64,000 bases of DNA from an uncultured Gammaproteobacteria bacterium (GTDB taxonomy: Bacteria > Pseudomonadota > Gammaproteobacteria > JAURND01): the NCBI GenBank assembly GCA_963714975.1, contig CAVQQD010000002.1, positions 960,001 through 1,024,000 on the forward strand, in the 5' to 3' direction. Made by a program: the position numbers and the translations under genes. Shown here piece by piece: positions 9,770 through 18,629 of the stretch. Under the pieces are notes generated by a model. The model ran no database searches, was not told where the DNA came from, and worked only from the letters and a program-made list of their open reading frames with translations. Positions within the stretch are counted from its first letter, which is position 1. Each line of letters opens with the position of its first letter.

Positions 9770-9803
9770 TGGATCTCTGCATCCTGCAGGGACGACGACG
9801 ACG
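9770..9803. repeat. REP-like family D (CTGGAT..C.GC....GC.GG.ACGACG)
   Basis: Related palindromes at 24430-24520 and 35160-35212. Confidence 0.55.
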
Positions 9804-9830
9804 AGGGTCGTTTACTTGAGGAGAGAAAAC

Positions 9831-10178
9831 ATGGCTAATTTATTAGAACAATGGGAATCAGAGCAATTACGTTCAGAGAAACTACCTGCCTTTAAACCTG
9901 GAGATACTGTCATAGTCCAGGTCGAGGTAAAAGAAGGGGAACGCAAACGTTTACAAGCCTTTGAAGGTGTGGTTATTGCAATTAAAAATGCTGGGCTTAA
10001 TTCTCATTTTAGAGTACGTAAAATATCGCATGGTGAAGGAGTTGAGCGAGTCTTCCAAACCCATAGCCCCATAGTGCACAAAGTTCAAGTCAAACGACGA
10101 GGGGCAGTGCGCCGAGCTAAGCTCTATTATTTGCGAGCTTTGGCAGGTAAGAAAGCAAGAATTAGAGAAGATATTTAA
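9831..10178 (+). CDS. rplS: 50S ribosomal protein L19
   Basis: [35 protein letters not shown]; SD GAGGAG. Confidence 0.98.
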   Translation: MANLLEQWESEQLRSEKLPAFKPGDTVIVQVEVKEGERKRLQAFEGVVIAIKNAGLNSHFRVRKISHGEGVERVFQTHSPIVHKVQVKRRGAVRRAKLYYLRALAGKKARIREDI

Positions 10179-10228
10179 ATCCTTTTCCCGTTGGAAGAAG
10201 GTGCCGAAGGCGGATGAAGGCAGTCTCC

Positions 10229-10540
10229 ATGCTTAAAATAAGTTTTTATGTCCCTGAATCAGATGCAGACCGCGTGAAAGCGGCTATGTTTGCTGCTGGC
10301 GCGGGTAAACTAGGAGCTTACGATCAAGTAGCTTGGCAAACCCTCGGAACTGGCCAATTTCGCCCTCTGAGTGGCAGTAATCCTAGCATTGGCATGATGA
10401 ACGAAGTGAGCTATGTCAGTGAATATAAGGTCGAGATGGTTTGCGAAGAACCAATCATCGCCGAAGTTATCCAAGCGCTAAAAGCTGCTCACCCTTATGA
10501 AGAACCCGCCTTTGATGTCATCAAGATAGAGAATCCCTAA
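10229..10540 (+). CDS. NIF3/YqfO-like small protein (PII-like domain only)
   Basis: FYVP....VK.AMFAAGAG..G.YD, GQFRPL.GSNP.IG, AHPYEEPA. Confidence 0.85.
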   Translation: MLKISFYVPESDADRVKAAMFAAGAGKLGAYDQVAWQTLGTGQFRPLSGSNPSIGMMNEVSYVSEYKVEMVCEEPIIAEVIQALKAAHPYEEPAFDVIKIENP

Positions 10541-10571
10541 CCAAGATTATCCTTTCTCCTACAGCGCTTTT

Positions 10572-10952
10572 TTAGGGAGGTATCCCTAGCACCTGCTCTG
10601 CACTAAAAACCTCCCTATTTAATATCGGTCGAGATAAAAAATGCACTAACACAGCCTTGCAATAACGTAGTTTTTCGTGATGCTGAGGGAATGGTATGTT
10701 TTCAGTAGGAACCTCTGCCACAGTAAAATAGGGATAATTATTTTCTTTAGCCAACATAGCTGCTCGCATAAGTAAATAATGATCCACTTGAGCTACAGAA
10801 AAATAGCCAATCCCATCATAGCTGATCACATAAGTTTGTGGCCCATGTGCAGTAATTGCATAACCGCTGGAGGGGATTTTTTTCGAAGAAAAAATACTAC
10901 AGCCTACTAATAAGCAGCATAAAATAGTTAATACGAAAGATAAAAAGCGCAT
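10572..10952 (-). CDS. Putative lipoprotein
   Basis: Lipobox LLVGC after a hydrophobic stretch; Y.L.RAA.LA...Y.YF pattern. Confidence 0.65.
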   Translation of the reverse strand: MRFLSFVLTILCCLLVGCSIFSSKKIPSSGYAITAHGPQTYVISYDGIGYFSVAQVDHYLLMRAAMLAKENNYPYFTVAEVPTENIPFPQHHEKLRYCKAVLVHFLSRPILNREVFSAEQVLGIPP

Positions 10953-11208
10953 AATTTTCCATCCATCTTGCATTCCCCAAGATTTTATCGTAATAAAAGC
11001 CAGCAATATACTCTATTGTCAATTCTGGGCCTGCCCTAAGCACAATCTTTTGACTGCTAAGCAACAAGGCCAAAAAATTATCTAAATTTTATAATTAATC
11101 GTTTACATTTACTGACGATATGTTATCGTTGGCTTCTGGCGGATTAGTTACCATCTTAAAACTTCTCTTCCCGACACAGTTTCCCGGAAAATAATTAGGA
11201 GATGACCT

Positions 11209-11556
11209 ATGGCAAATCAAAATAAAGAAGTCCCCAATTCAGCAAAGGCAGGAGTTGTAACGTTTGCAGCTGGAATAGCAACATTAATAGCTAGTGGTGC
11301 ACGTATGAAGGTGGATTTTCCCGGCGTTGATACAATTCCTAGTCCAATTTTTCACAACTTGGACACTGTAACGGCAAAGTTAGCTAATAGCGGCATGATT
11401 TTAATTATTGCAGGTTCTGCGCTACTAATAGCGGGTTTAATCTATGCTGGATATAAGCAAAATTCGAGCGCATCAGAGAGTATTAAAAAAGAGGAAAAAC
11501 CTATTGAATCAGGCCCTTTATCAATAAATACTTCACCCTCTACATCTTCGCAATAA
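11209..11556 (+). CDS. Hypothetical two-TM protein
   Basis: SD AGGAG, two hydrophobic segments, Ser-rich tail. Confidence 0.7.
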   Translation: MANQNKEVPNSAKAGVVTFAAGIATLIASGARMKVDFPGVDTIPSPIFHNLDTVTAKLANSGMILIIAGSALLIAGLIYAGYKQNSSASESIKKEEKPIESGPLSINTSPSTSSQ

Positions 11557-11710
11557 AAGGATAGCCAAACTCACTAACCCTGCAGCAAGATTATTTTGCG
11601 GTGTACTGTCCGCCTCAGCGGGAATTGCTGCTCAGGCGGAGCACGGGGTGCTTTTAGCCATAAAATATGCTAAAATTGCCTCCCATAAAAGCAAATATGA
11701 GTAGAGTCCC

Positions 11711-13474
11711 GTGAAATTGCCGCATACCTTGCCCAGATTTATTTGGTTTTTTCTTAAGCAACAACCTATTGCCTTCATCATCATTCTCGTCACTTCTTGG
11801 GTTTGGGCAATTAACGAAAGCTTATTTCCTTACTTTATTAAATCTTTCGTTGATACTATCAACCAGCATCATGGCGATCCGTTACACATATGGCAAGTAC
11901 TGCAATTGCCCTTAATTGGATTTACCTGCCTTTGGCTGTTAATGGAATTTTCGATGCGTTTGCAAGGAATACTGATGATGAAAGCTTTCCCACGGATGCG
12001 CAGCCAAATTCGGGAAGCAGTTTTTAATTATGTTCGGCAACATTCTCACGACTATTTTGCCAATCATTTTGCCGGAAATATTGCCAGCAAAATGAACGAT
12101 CTTCCTTTTGGCATCGATTTAATTTTACAAATTTTGCTATTTAATTTTGTCGCCTTTTCCATTGCTTTTACTGTAGCTATTATTTTGATCTCACAAGTCA
12201 GTCTGTATTTTTCCGCGCTATTATTGGGCTGGGCACTGATCCATATCATGCTCACGATTCTATTTCTAAAATCAGGCTATGTTCTGGCAGAAACCTCCTC
12301 AGAAGCCTCTTCCACTGTGACGGGAAAAATTGTTGATAGCCTAACTAATATTTTAAATGTTCGCATCTTTTCGCGTGGGGAATATGAAAACCGTTATTTA
12401 CGCCGATTCACTCAGCGGGAAGAATCCCATCATGTTAAGGCATTATGGCATTTAGAAAAATTAAAATTAATCCAAGGAGCATTGGGCACAGTTTTTATCT
12501 TCACTGTGGTTTTTAGCTTAATTTACGGCTGGTCACATGGTTGGGTTACCTTAGGTGATTTTACCTTGATTGGGATGCTCTCTCTTTCAATGCTGGGTTT
12601 TATTTGGTATGCCTCATTTCAAATGTCAACCTTTGTACGTGAGGCTGGAAAAATGCAGGCTGCGCTCAGTCTCATCACTGTATCCCACACTATCAAAGAC
12701 CGCTTCAATGCCCTTCCCTTAATGGTTGAGAAGGGTAGCATCGAATTTAAGGAGGTGACTTTTTCCTATGCAGGGACAGGTCCTATTTTTAACCAACTTT
12801 CTGTCAAAATTCCTGGCGGGCAAAAAGTAGGTCTAGTTGGATTTTCTGGATCAGGAAAATCAACATTCGTAAATTTAATGCTGCGTTTCTTTGATATTCG
12901 AGAGGGAGCCGTTTTAATTGATAACCAAAATATCTTAGAAGTCACGAGTCATTCGCTACGTCAACAAATTGCAATGATCCCCCAAGATCCCAGTTTGTTT
13001 CATCGCACTCTCCTGGAAAATATTCGTTATGGTCGTGAAGAGGCTAGTGATGAAGAAGTAATCCAGGCCGCAAAATTAGCCCATTGCCATGAATTCATTG
13101 AGCAACTGGATGAAAAATATCAATCTCTAGTGGGGGAACGAGGAATAAAATTATCGGGTGGTCAACGACAACGGATCGCTATTGCCCGCGCCATTTTGAA
13201 AAATGCCCCGATTTTAATTTTAGATGAAGCTACTTCATCATTAGATTCTGTGACCGAAAAATTGATCCAAGCCAGCTTGAATAAATTAATGCAAAATGCC
13301 ACCACTATGGTAATTGCACATCGCTTATCTACTTTATTACATATGGACCGAATTTTAGTTTTTAATCAAGGTAGAATTGTTGAAGATGGCTCTGTTCAAG
13401 AATTATTAGCGCAAAAAGGGCATTTCTTTCAGTTATGGAGTATGCAAGCCGGGGGATTTTTACCGGAGTCATAA
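11711..13474 (+). CDS. ABC exporter, fused permease/ATPase
   Basis: Six TM segments, Walker A GFSGSGKS, LSGGQRQR, ILDEATS. Confidence 0.95.
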   Translation: MKLPHTLPRFIWFFLKQQPIAFIIILVTSWVWAINESLFPYFIKSFVDTINQHHGDPLHIWQVLQLPLIGFTCLWLLMEFSMRLQGILMMKAFPRMRSQIREAVFNYVRQHSHDYFANHFAGNIASKMNDLPFGIDLILQILLFNFVAFSIAFTVAIILISQVSLYFSALLLGWALIHIMLTILFLKSGYVLAETSSEASSTVTGKIVDSLTNILNVRIFSRGEYENRYLRRFTQREESHHVKALWHLEKLKLIQGALGTVFIFTVVFSLIYGWSHGWVTLGDFTLIGMLSLSMLGFIWYASFQMSTFVREAGKMQAALSLITVSHTIKDRFNALPLMVEKGSIEFKEVTFSYAGTGPIFNQLSVKIPGGQKVGLVGFSGSGKSTFVNLMLRFFDIREGAVLIDNQNILEVTSHSLRQQIAMIPQDPSLFHRTLLENIRYGREEASDEEVIQAAKLAHCHEFIEQLDEKYQSLVGERGIKLSGGQRQRIAIARAILKNAPILILDEATSSLDSVTEKLIQASLNKLMQNATTMVIAHRLSTLLHMDRILVFNQGRIVEDGSVQELLAQKGHFFQLWSMQAGGFLPES

Positions 13475-13537
13475 AATTCCCCCTCTCCCTAATCCTCTCC
13501 GGACGGTGGGAGAGGGAGCATGTCAGTTAATTATTTG

Positions 13538-13720
13538 CTAATAAAAGCCGTAATAATATCCGTAGTCATAGCCATAGCCAACTCCTGGATAAGCCACCAC
13601 TGTGGGGACTTCTGCAGGATATACGCCTACTTCTGGATAAGGAGTATAAAGTCCAGCTGCACAACCTGCTAATACTAAACTTACGGCTCCCATTAGAACT
13701 ATTTTCTTTAAATTCGACAT
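13538..13720 (-). CDS. Small Tyr/Gly-rich lipoprotein
   Basis: SD GGAGG, lipobox LAGC, tail YPGVGYGYDYGYYYGFY. Confidence 0.7.
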   Translation of the reverse strand: MSNLKKIVLMGAVSLVLAGCAAGLYTPYPEVGVYPAEVPTVVAYPGVGYGYDYGYYYGFY

Positions 13721-13816
13721 AAAAACCTCCATTTTCACCAATTTAGTTTTGTAATTACAGGTTCTCCACTGTAACTATAGTAGATTCCAATCGGAATTCT
13801 CGCTATACTGCGCCCC

Positions 13817-14515
13817 ATGAGCGCACTAGCCATTTTGCAGTTACCCGAAGGAGCAACAAGGTTGTTATTACACTCTTGCTGTGCTCCTTGCTCGGGTGAG
13901 ATCATGGAACGTCTACTTGCCTCGGGAATCGACTACACCATTTTTTTCTATAACCCAAACATACATCCTTTCAAGGAATACGAAATTCGTAAAGCTGAGA
14001 ACATTCGATTTGCCGATAAATATCAAGTTCCATTCATTGATCTGGATGCAGATTATTTTTCTGATCGTGATCAATGGTTTAAACGAGCTAAAGGTATGGA
14101 AAACGAACCGGAGCGTGGGATTCGGTGTACTATGTGCTTCGATATGCGCTTTGAACGAACAGCGCTGTATGCGCATGAACAGGGCTTTCCAGTTTTTACC
14201 AGTTCGCTGGGAATTTCCCGTTGGAAAAATATGGAACAAATTAATGATAGTGGTACCCGCGCAGCTGCTCGGTATCCTAACTTAATTTATTGGACCTTCA
14301 ACTGGCGCAAACAAGGGGGGTCACAACGAATGATTGAAATCTCTAAGCGTGAAGAATTTTATCAGCAAGAATATTGCGGATGCGCCTATTCGATGCGAGA
14401 TACCAATCAGTGGCGGGTACAAAATAGTCGACCCCGAATTAAAATTGGTAAAAAGTTTTATACCCCTGGCACTATTCCTTCTCCCCTTGTGGGAGAAGGT
14501 GCCGAAGGCGGATGA
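13817..14515 (+). CDS. queH: Epoxyqueuosine reductase QueH (DUF208)
   Basis: [36 protein letters not shown]. Confidence 0.93.
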   Translation: MSALAILQLPEGATRLLLHSCCAPCSGEIMERLLASGIDYTIFFYNPNIHPFKEYEIRKAENIRFADKYQVPFIDLDADYFSDRDQWFKRAKGMENEPERGIRCTMCFDMRFERTALYAHEQGFPVFTSSLGISRWKNMEQINDSGTRAAARYPNLIYWTFNWRKQGGSQRMIEISKREEFYQQEYCGCAYSMRDTNQWRVQNSRPRIKIGKKFYTPGTIPSPLVGEGAEGG

Positions 14516-14600
14516 GGGATAAGTTTGAAATGGCTCAAAGCCAGAGGAGGCGACCCCTCATCCGGCCTATGGCCACCTTCTCCCACAAAGGGAGAAGGAA
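14476..14600. repeat. Inverted doublet of family A REPs
   Basis: 14476-14520 and 14554-14600 are inverted copies around a short spacer. Confidence 0.85.
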
Positions 14601-14623
14601 TAATGTTGAGGGTTTATTAGACA

Positions 14624-15559
14624 ATGTGGTTTAAACAAGCATTAATTTATCAACTTTCCGATCCTATTCCCTATCGTCCTGAGCAATTAGCCGAGCAACT
14701 CTCTCCCTTGGTCTTTACTCCTTGTTTACCTAGCTTTCCTATGAGTCAAGGCTGGGTATCCCCTTTAGAGCAAGAAGAAACAGCGCCTCTTTCGCATGGT
14801 GCCCAGGGATACATGATGATTTGCTTACAAATAGAAGAAAGAATTTTACCCGCTGTTGTCATCAGGCAGAAGTTGCAACAAAAAATCAAGGAAATCGAAA
14901 CCCAGCAAGACTATAAAGTAACCCAAAAAGAAAAATATGCGCTTAAAGAAGAAATAATCCGCACTTTATTGCCCAAAGCATTCACCAAACTATCCCATAT
15001 TTATGCTTATTTTGACTGTAAAAATAATTGGCTTATTTTAGATACTAGCAACCTGCCCCGCGCAGAAATGTTGTTGGCACTGTTAAAAAAATCCATACCA
15101 ACTATCCAGTTTCGTGCTTTGGAAACTCCTAAACTTGCCTCTGTTCTAACTCAGTGGCTCATTCAAGGAAATTTTCCTCAGGCGTTTTCGATTGAAAAAT
15201 CTTGTGTTTTAATTGACCCGAATCAGAAAAGCCGAATTGTCCGGTGCCAACAACAAGATTTATTTGCTCATGGCATACAAGCTCTGATTAAAGATGGTTG
15301 CCGTGTCAAACAAATTAGCCTTTCCTGGCAAGAACGGGTTAACTTCGCCTTATTGGATGATTGTTCTTTACGAAGTATTAAATTTCAGGATGCAGTCATT
15401 GCTCAAGTCAAAGAGCTAGAGCCAGAAACAACGCAACAACAATTTGATGCGGATTTTATTATTATGGCAGAAACATTCCGTGCCTTATTGGCTGATTTAC
15501 AGGTTACTACCAACTCTGATTCTCAAAAATATATCCTTCAGGATATGCTGGAGCAGTGA
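14624..15559 (+). CDS. rdgC: Recombination-associated protein RdgC
   Basis: MWFK...Y, SQGWVSPL, EERILPA.VI, LLPKAF, DADF..M. Confidence 0.93.
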   Translation: MWFKQALIYQLSDPIPYRPEQLAEQLSPLVFTPCLPSFPMSQGWVSPLEQEETAPLSHGAQGYMMICLQIEERILPAVVIRQKLQQKIKEIETQQDYKVTQKEKYALKEEIIRTLLPKAFTKLSHIYAYFDCKNNWLILDTSNLPRAEMLLALLKKSIPTIQFRALETPKLASVLTQWLIQGNFPQAFSIEKSCVLIDPNQKSRIVRCQQQDLFAHGIQALIKDGCRVKQISLSWQERVNFALLDDCSLRSIKFQDAVIAQVKELEPETTQQQFDADFIIMAETFRALLADLQVTTNSDSQKYILQDMLEQ

Positions 15560-15809
15560 TAATGACCGGAGGATAATCATGACGATTATAATAGGTCGTG
15601 GCAGGGTAGTAAGGATAATTATTTACATCAATATTTACATCGCGATAATAGCAATGATAAGCAGGGGTATAGGCACAAAAATAAAAAGCCTCATTAGCAG
15701 GGCTGGGTACTTCATAAACAGGTGAACTCGGTACGGCCACAAAAAAGGCGTAGCTTGAATTTGCCCCCATCAGGGTTGCAATAAACAGGAAAGGTATAAT
15801 TCGTTTCAT
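15507..15809 (-). CDS. Small secreted Tyr/Pro-rich protein
   Basis: Signal peptide ending SYA; ATGA coupling to the upstream gene. Confidence 0.6.
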   Translation of the reverse strand: MKRIIPFLFIATLMGANSSYAFFVAVPSSPVYEVPSPANEAFYFCAYTPAYHCYYRDVNIDVNNYPYYPATTYYNRHDYPPVIITAPAYPEGYIFENQSW

Positions 15810-16141
15810 GGTATCTCCCTATCACTGATTTTGCGTGGAGTCTTACAGCGCATCACCAGTATGTGATTTTTGTCATCCAAAACTAGGCAATATTTTCCTG
15901 GGTTTCTAGCATCAACATGCTTTTCAGGCCAATAAAACCTGCCTGGTTGGCACTGACCATGAAAATATTGCCACTCATCACAATAACTATAATCTGGAAA
16001 TAGACAAAATCCAGACCATCCTGCCTCATCAGACAACATGACTTCCTGAAAATGCCGTTGCGTACAATACACGCTGGCGGGATTGGGCAATCCCAAGGCG
16101 ACCGTTGATAGGAGTAGTCCTGCTAATAATAACCTGTGCAC
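15806..16141 (-). CDS. DUF333-like secreted protein
   Basis: Signal peptide, PNPASVYC, G.CLFPD...CDEW..F. Confidence 0.8.
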   Translation of the reverse strand: MHRLLLAGLLLSTVALGLPNPASVYCTQRHFQEVMLSDEAGWSGFCLFPDYSYCDEWQYFHGQCQPGRFYWPEKHVDARNPGKYCLVLDDKNHILVMRCKTPRKISDREIP

Positions 16142-16155
16142 GTGTCGACCTCTGG

Positions 16156-17397
16156 CTATACCACGGCAGGAGCCGCTGGTTCATTAAGCGCTTTTTGCGC
16201 AATCACAGCCGCCTTGTCATAACCAATAATTGGCGTTAACACAGACACCAGCATTAACGAGTCATGAATTTTCTGATTACGCTGGTGCTCAAGTGTGGGC
16301 CGCGCCTCTACATAATGAATGCGAAATTTTTCACAGCCATCCCCCAATATGGTCGAAGAATGCAGCACATTTTTAACCACAATCGGGCGCATCGCACTCA
16401 TTTCAAAATGTCCATGCGAACTTGCCATTGCTACTGCATTATCGTTAGCAATGACCTGAATACAAATCATCACTAAAGATTCAAGCTGCGAAGTTTTATC
16501 ATCATGCGAAATGACTGAGGTAGTCAATCCTTCTGTGGAAAAATGACTATGTCGTGACCAACGTATGCCATTGACTATCTTCATTAAAGCTACTGCTAAA
16601 GACCGCAACGCAGCGCTGCTGGCTACCATCGCGTCGAGTGAAACCCAAGGCAGGCATTTATGATGTGTGCTCACAAAAGCTTGCCCAGTTAATTGAGCAA
16701 TTTCATCAGTTACTTTTGCCGAAATAGCTGGGATAGAATTGGGTAATTTATGCAATCCTTTCAGAGAATGACGTACCAGCTGTACTGCATCTCGAATCTG
16801 CCCCGCATAACTTTGCCAGGTATGATGCGCGATCAAATCGCTATCTTGGGTCTTGCGCTGGATAGCATCCGCGAGTGCAACCGCGCTAGGAATGAGGTGG
16901 TGGCTAAGTTCCAAAGCCGTAGCAATGTGCATAGCAATAGAAAAAGTATTCTCGGAGGACTGAGACATGTTCACGTCATCAGGATGAATGGGATCTTTTG
17001 ACCCCAGCTTCCCTCCGCTTAATTGAATAGCACGATTGGCAATGACCTCATTGATATTAGTATCAGATTGCACTCCTGACCCTGTTTGCCAAACTACCAA
17101 GGGAAACTCTCGATCTAATTTGCCAGCAATGACTTCCTCGGCTGCTTTAATGATTAAAGAGGCTTTATCAGCAGCTAGTTTGCCTTCCATTTGATTGACA
17201 ATTGCTGCAGCCTTTTTGACATAACCATAGGCATGAAAAATTGCTTTGGGCATATGGTCTTCACCAATTGAAAAATGAGTCAGCGATCGTTGTGTTTGTG
17301 CTCCCCATAATCGTTCTGCTGGTATTTTGATTTGACCCAAAGCATCCGTTTCCACACGAACCTTAGCCGCTGCTTGCTGTTTTTTTGTAGGACTCAT
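16156..17397 (-). CDS. Class II fumarase (FumC)-like protein lacking catalytic motifs
   Basis: R.ETDALG, WGAQTQRS, WQTGSG, IIGYDKAA are retained; GRTHLQDA and GSSIMPGKVNP are absent. SD AGGAG. Confidence 0.8.
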   Translation of the reverse strand: MSPTKKQQAAAKVRVETDALGQIKIPAERLWGAQTQRSLTHFSIGEDHMPKAIFHAYGYVKKAAAIVNQMEGKLAADKASLIIKAAEEVIAGKLDREFPLVVWQTGSGVQSDTNINEVIANRAIQLSGGKLGSKDPIHPDDVNMSQSSENTFSIAMHIATALELSHHLIPSAVALADAIQRKTQDSDLIAHHTWQSYAGQIRDAVQLVRHSLKGLHKLPNSIPAISAKVTDEIAQLTGQAFVSTHHKCLPWVSLDAMVASSAALRSLAVALMKIVNGIRWSRHSHFSTEGLTTSVISHDDKTSQLESLVMICIQVIANDNAVAMASSHGHFEMSAMRPIVVKNVLHSSTILGDGCEKFRIHYVEARPTLEHQRNQKIHDSLMLVSVLTPIIGYDKAAVIAQKALNEPAAPAVV

Positions 17398-17514
17398 CCT
17401 CGCTCTCCTATATTTTATAGATAAGCAATTTCCGCTGAAACCTTGGGCAGTGTGCGCAGTAACTTTGCGCCACCCGTCGATCAAATGACGTAGGAAGCGA
17501 AAAAATTGGTAATT

Positions 17515-17598
17515 TTAGATTAATAAATTAGGGAATAATCTAGAAATTTTTGCGAAAATGAAAAAAAATAGTGATTGACAAGCAATAACTGTAGGCAT
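17515..17598 (-). CDS. Putative 27-aa hydrophobic peptide MPTVIACQSLFFFIFAKISRLFPNLLI
   Basis: Perfect AAGGAGG SD upstream; extended -10 TGcTATACT at ~17661-17669. Confidence 0.4.
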   Translation of the reverse strand: MPTVIACQSLFFFIFAKISRLFPNLLI

Positions 17599-17790
17599 TT
17601 TTTATCCTCCTTGATGTGAATGAAGTTCAAAATCCTTTTGAACCAAAATAAGCAGAGGGCAGTATAGCACTTTTAAAACTATAAGCCAAAATATTTTTAT
17701 TTGGCGACAAGTATTGAATGCTAATAGTGATATCGGCATTGAAAAATAATTAATTCTGGATTTTTTACTTGATAAACAAGCCGATGCTCA

Positions 17791-18252
17791 TCATTGATCC
17801 TTGGCTGGGTTGCGTAGCAAATATACCGTCTCTTCATAGGCTGCACCCTCCCAATGGAACTTTATTTCTTGTTCAATATCAGGATGCAAACTATGGTGCA
17901 CGGGGCAGGCTAAAGCCGCTTTTTCTAAAGATTCTCGATGAGGATGATTGGCAGCAAGTGGGACGAAATAATCTACCTCAAGCCGACCAATACGTCGTGG
18001 TGGCGTGCTTGCCATTCCCTTACGCACATTGACGCGAATTCCTTTAAGCTCTAAGCCATATTTTTGGCCGGCAATGGCCATAATGGTCGCCATACAGGTA
18101 CCCAAAGAAGCAGCCAGTAAATCAGTAGGACTAAAAGCCTGGCCACGTCCATGATTATCAGGAGGAGCATCGGTGGCAATTTCCGCTCCTGATGGGAGAT
18201 GAGTAGCACGACAGTGCAAGTCACCTTCATAATGGATTTCAATTTCAGTCAT
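17791..18252 (-). CDS. OsmC family protein
   Basis: TDAP.DNHG.G..FSPTDLLAASLGTC, ACPVHHSL. Confidence 0.9.
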   Translation of the reverse strand: MTEIEIHYEGDLHCRATHLPSGAEIATDAPPDNHGRGQAFSPTDLLAASLGTCMATIMAIAGQKYGLELKGIRVNVRKGMASTPPRRIGRLEVDYFVPLAANHPHRESLEKAALACPVHHSLHPDIEQEIKFHWEGAAYEETVYLLRNPAKDQ

Positions 18253-18326
18253 ATAGATTTCCTGTTTGTAGGTAATTTTGAGCCTCTCTCCCGCTTGCGG
18301 GAGGAATGAATATTAGCACAAAGCGC

Positions 18327-18355
18327 TTTACAATTGTATAAAAAATGGCTATACT
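18327..18355 (+). promoter_or_regulatory. Putative sigma70 promoter of the leu operon
   Basis: TTTACA-17-TATACT. Confidence 0.65.
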
Positions 18356-18387
18356 CTGGTCATTGTTTTTTTATGAAGAGGTGCGCA

Positions 18388-18489
18388 ATGAAAACTTATT
18401 TCTCCAACTCCTTTGCTCGAGTTTTTCCTTCCAAACCTATTGCACGTCTTCTTAATCTCCTTTCACTTCGACTTTTAAGCCTAGCTTAA
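18388..18489 (+). CDS. leu operon leader peptide (33 aa)
   Basis: SD GAGGT; MKTYFSNSFARVFPSKPIARLLNLLSLRLLSLA has 8 Leu in the last 13 codons and none before. Confidence 0.7.
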   Translation: MKTYFSNSFARVFPSKPIARLLNLLSLRLLSLA

Positions 18490-18562
18490 TACCCCCTCTC
18501 CCTACCCTCTCCCACCTTCCCTCGCTAACGCTCGGGCGGGGGAGAGGGAATTTGAGGAATGA

Positions 18563-18602
18563 CCCTCTTCACTGACCTTTACCAACTCAGGCGAGAAGAG
18601 GG
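18563..18602 (+). terminator. Hairpin before leuA, candidate attenuator stem
   Basis: CCCTCTTC...GAAGAGGG with inner CTGA/TCAG; only a weak U tract follows. Confidence 0.4.
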
Positions 18603-18629
18603 AATTTAATAAATAGTCGAGGTCTTTTT

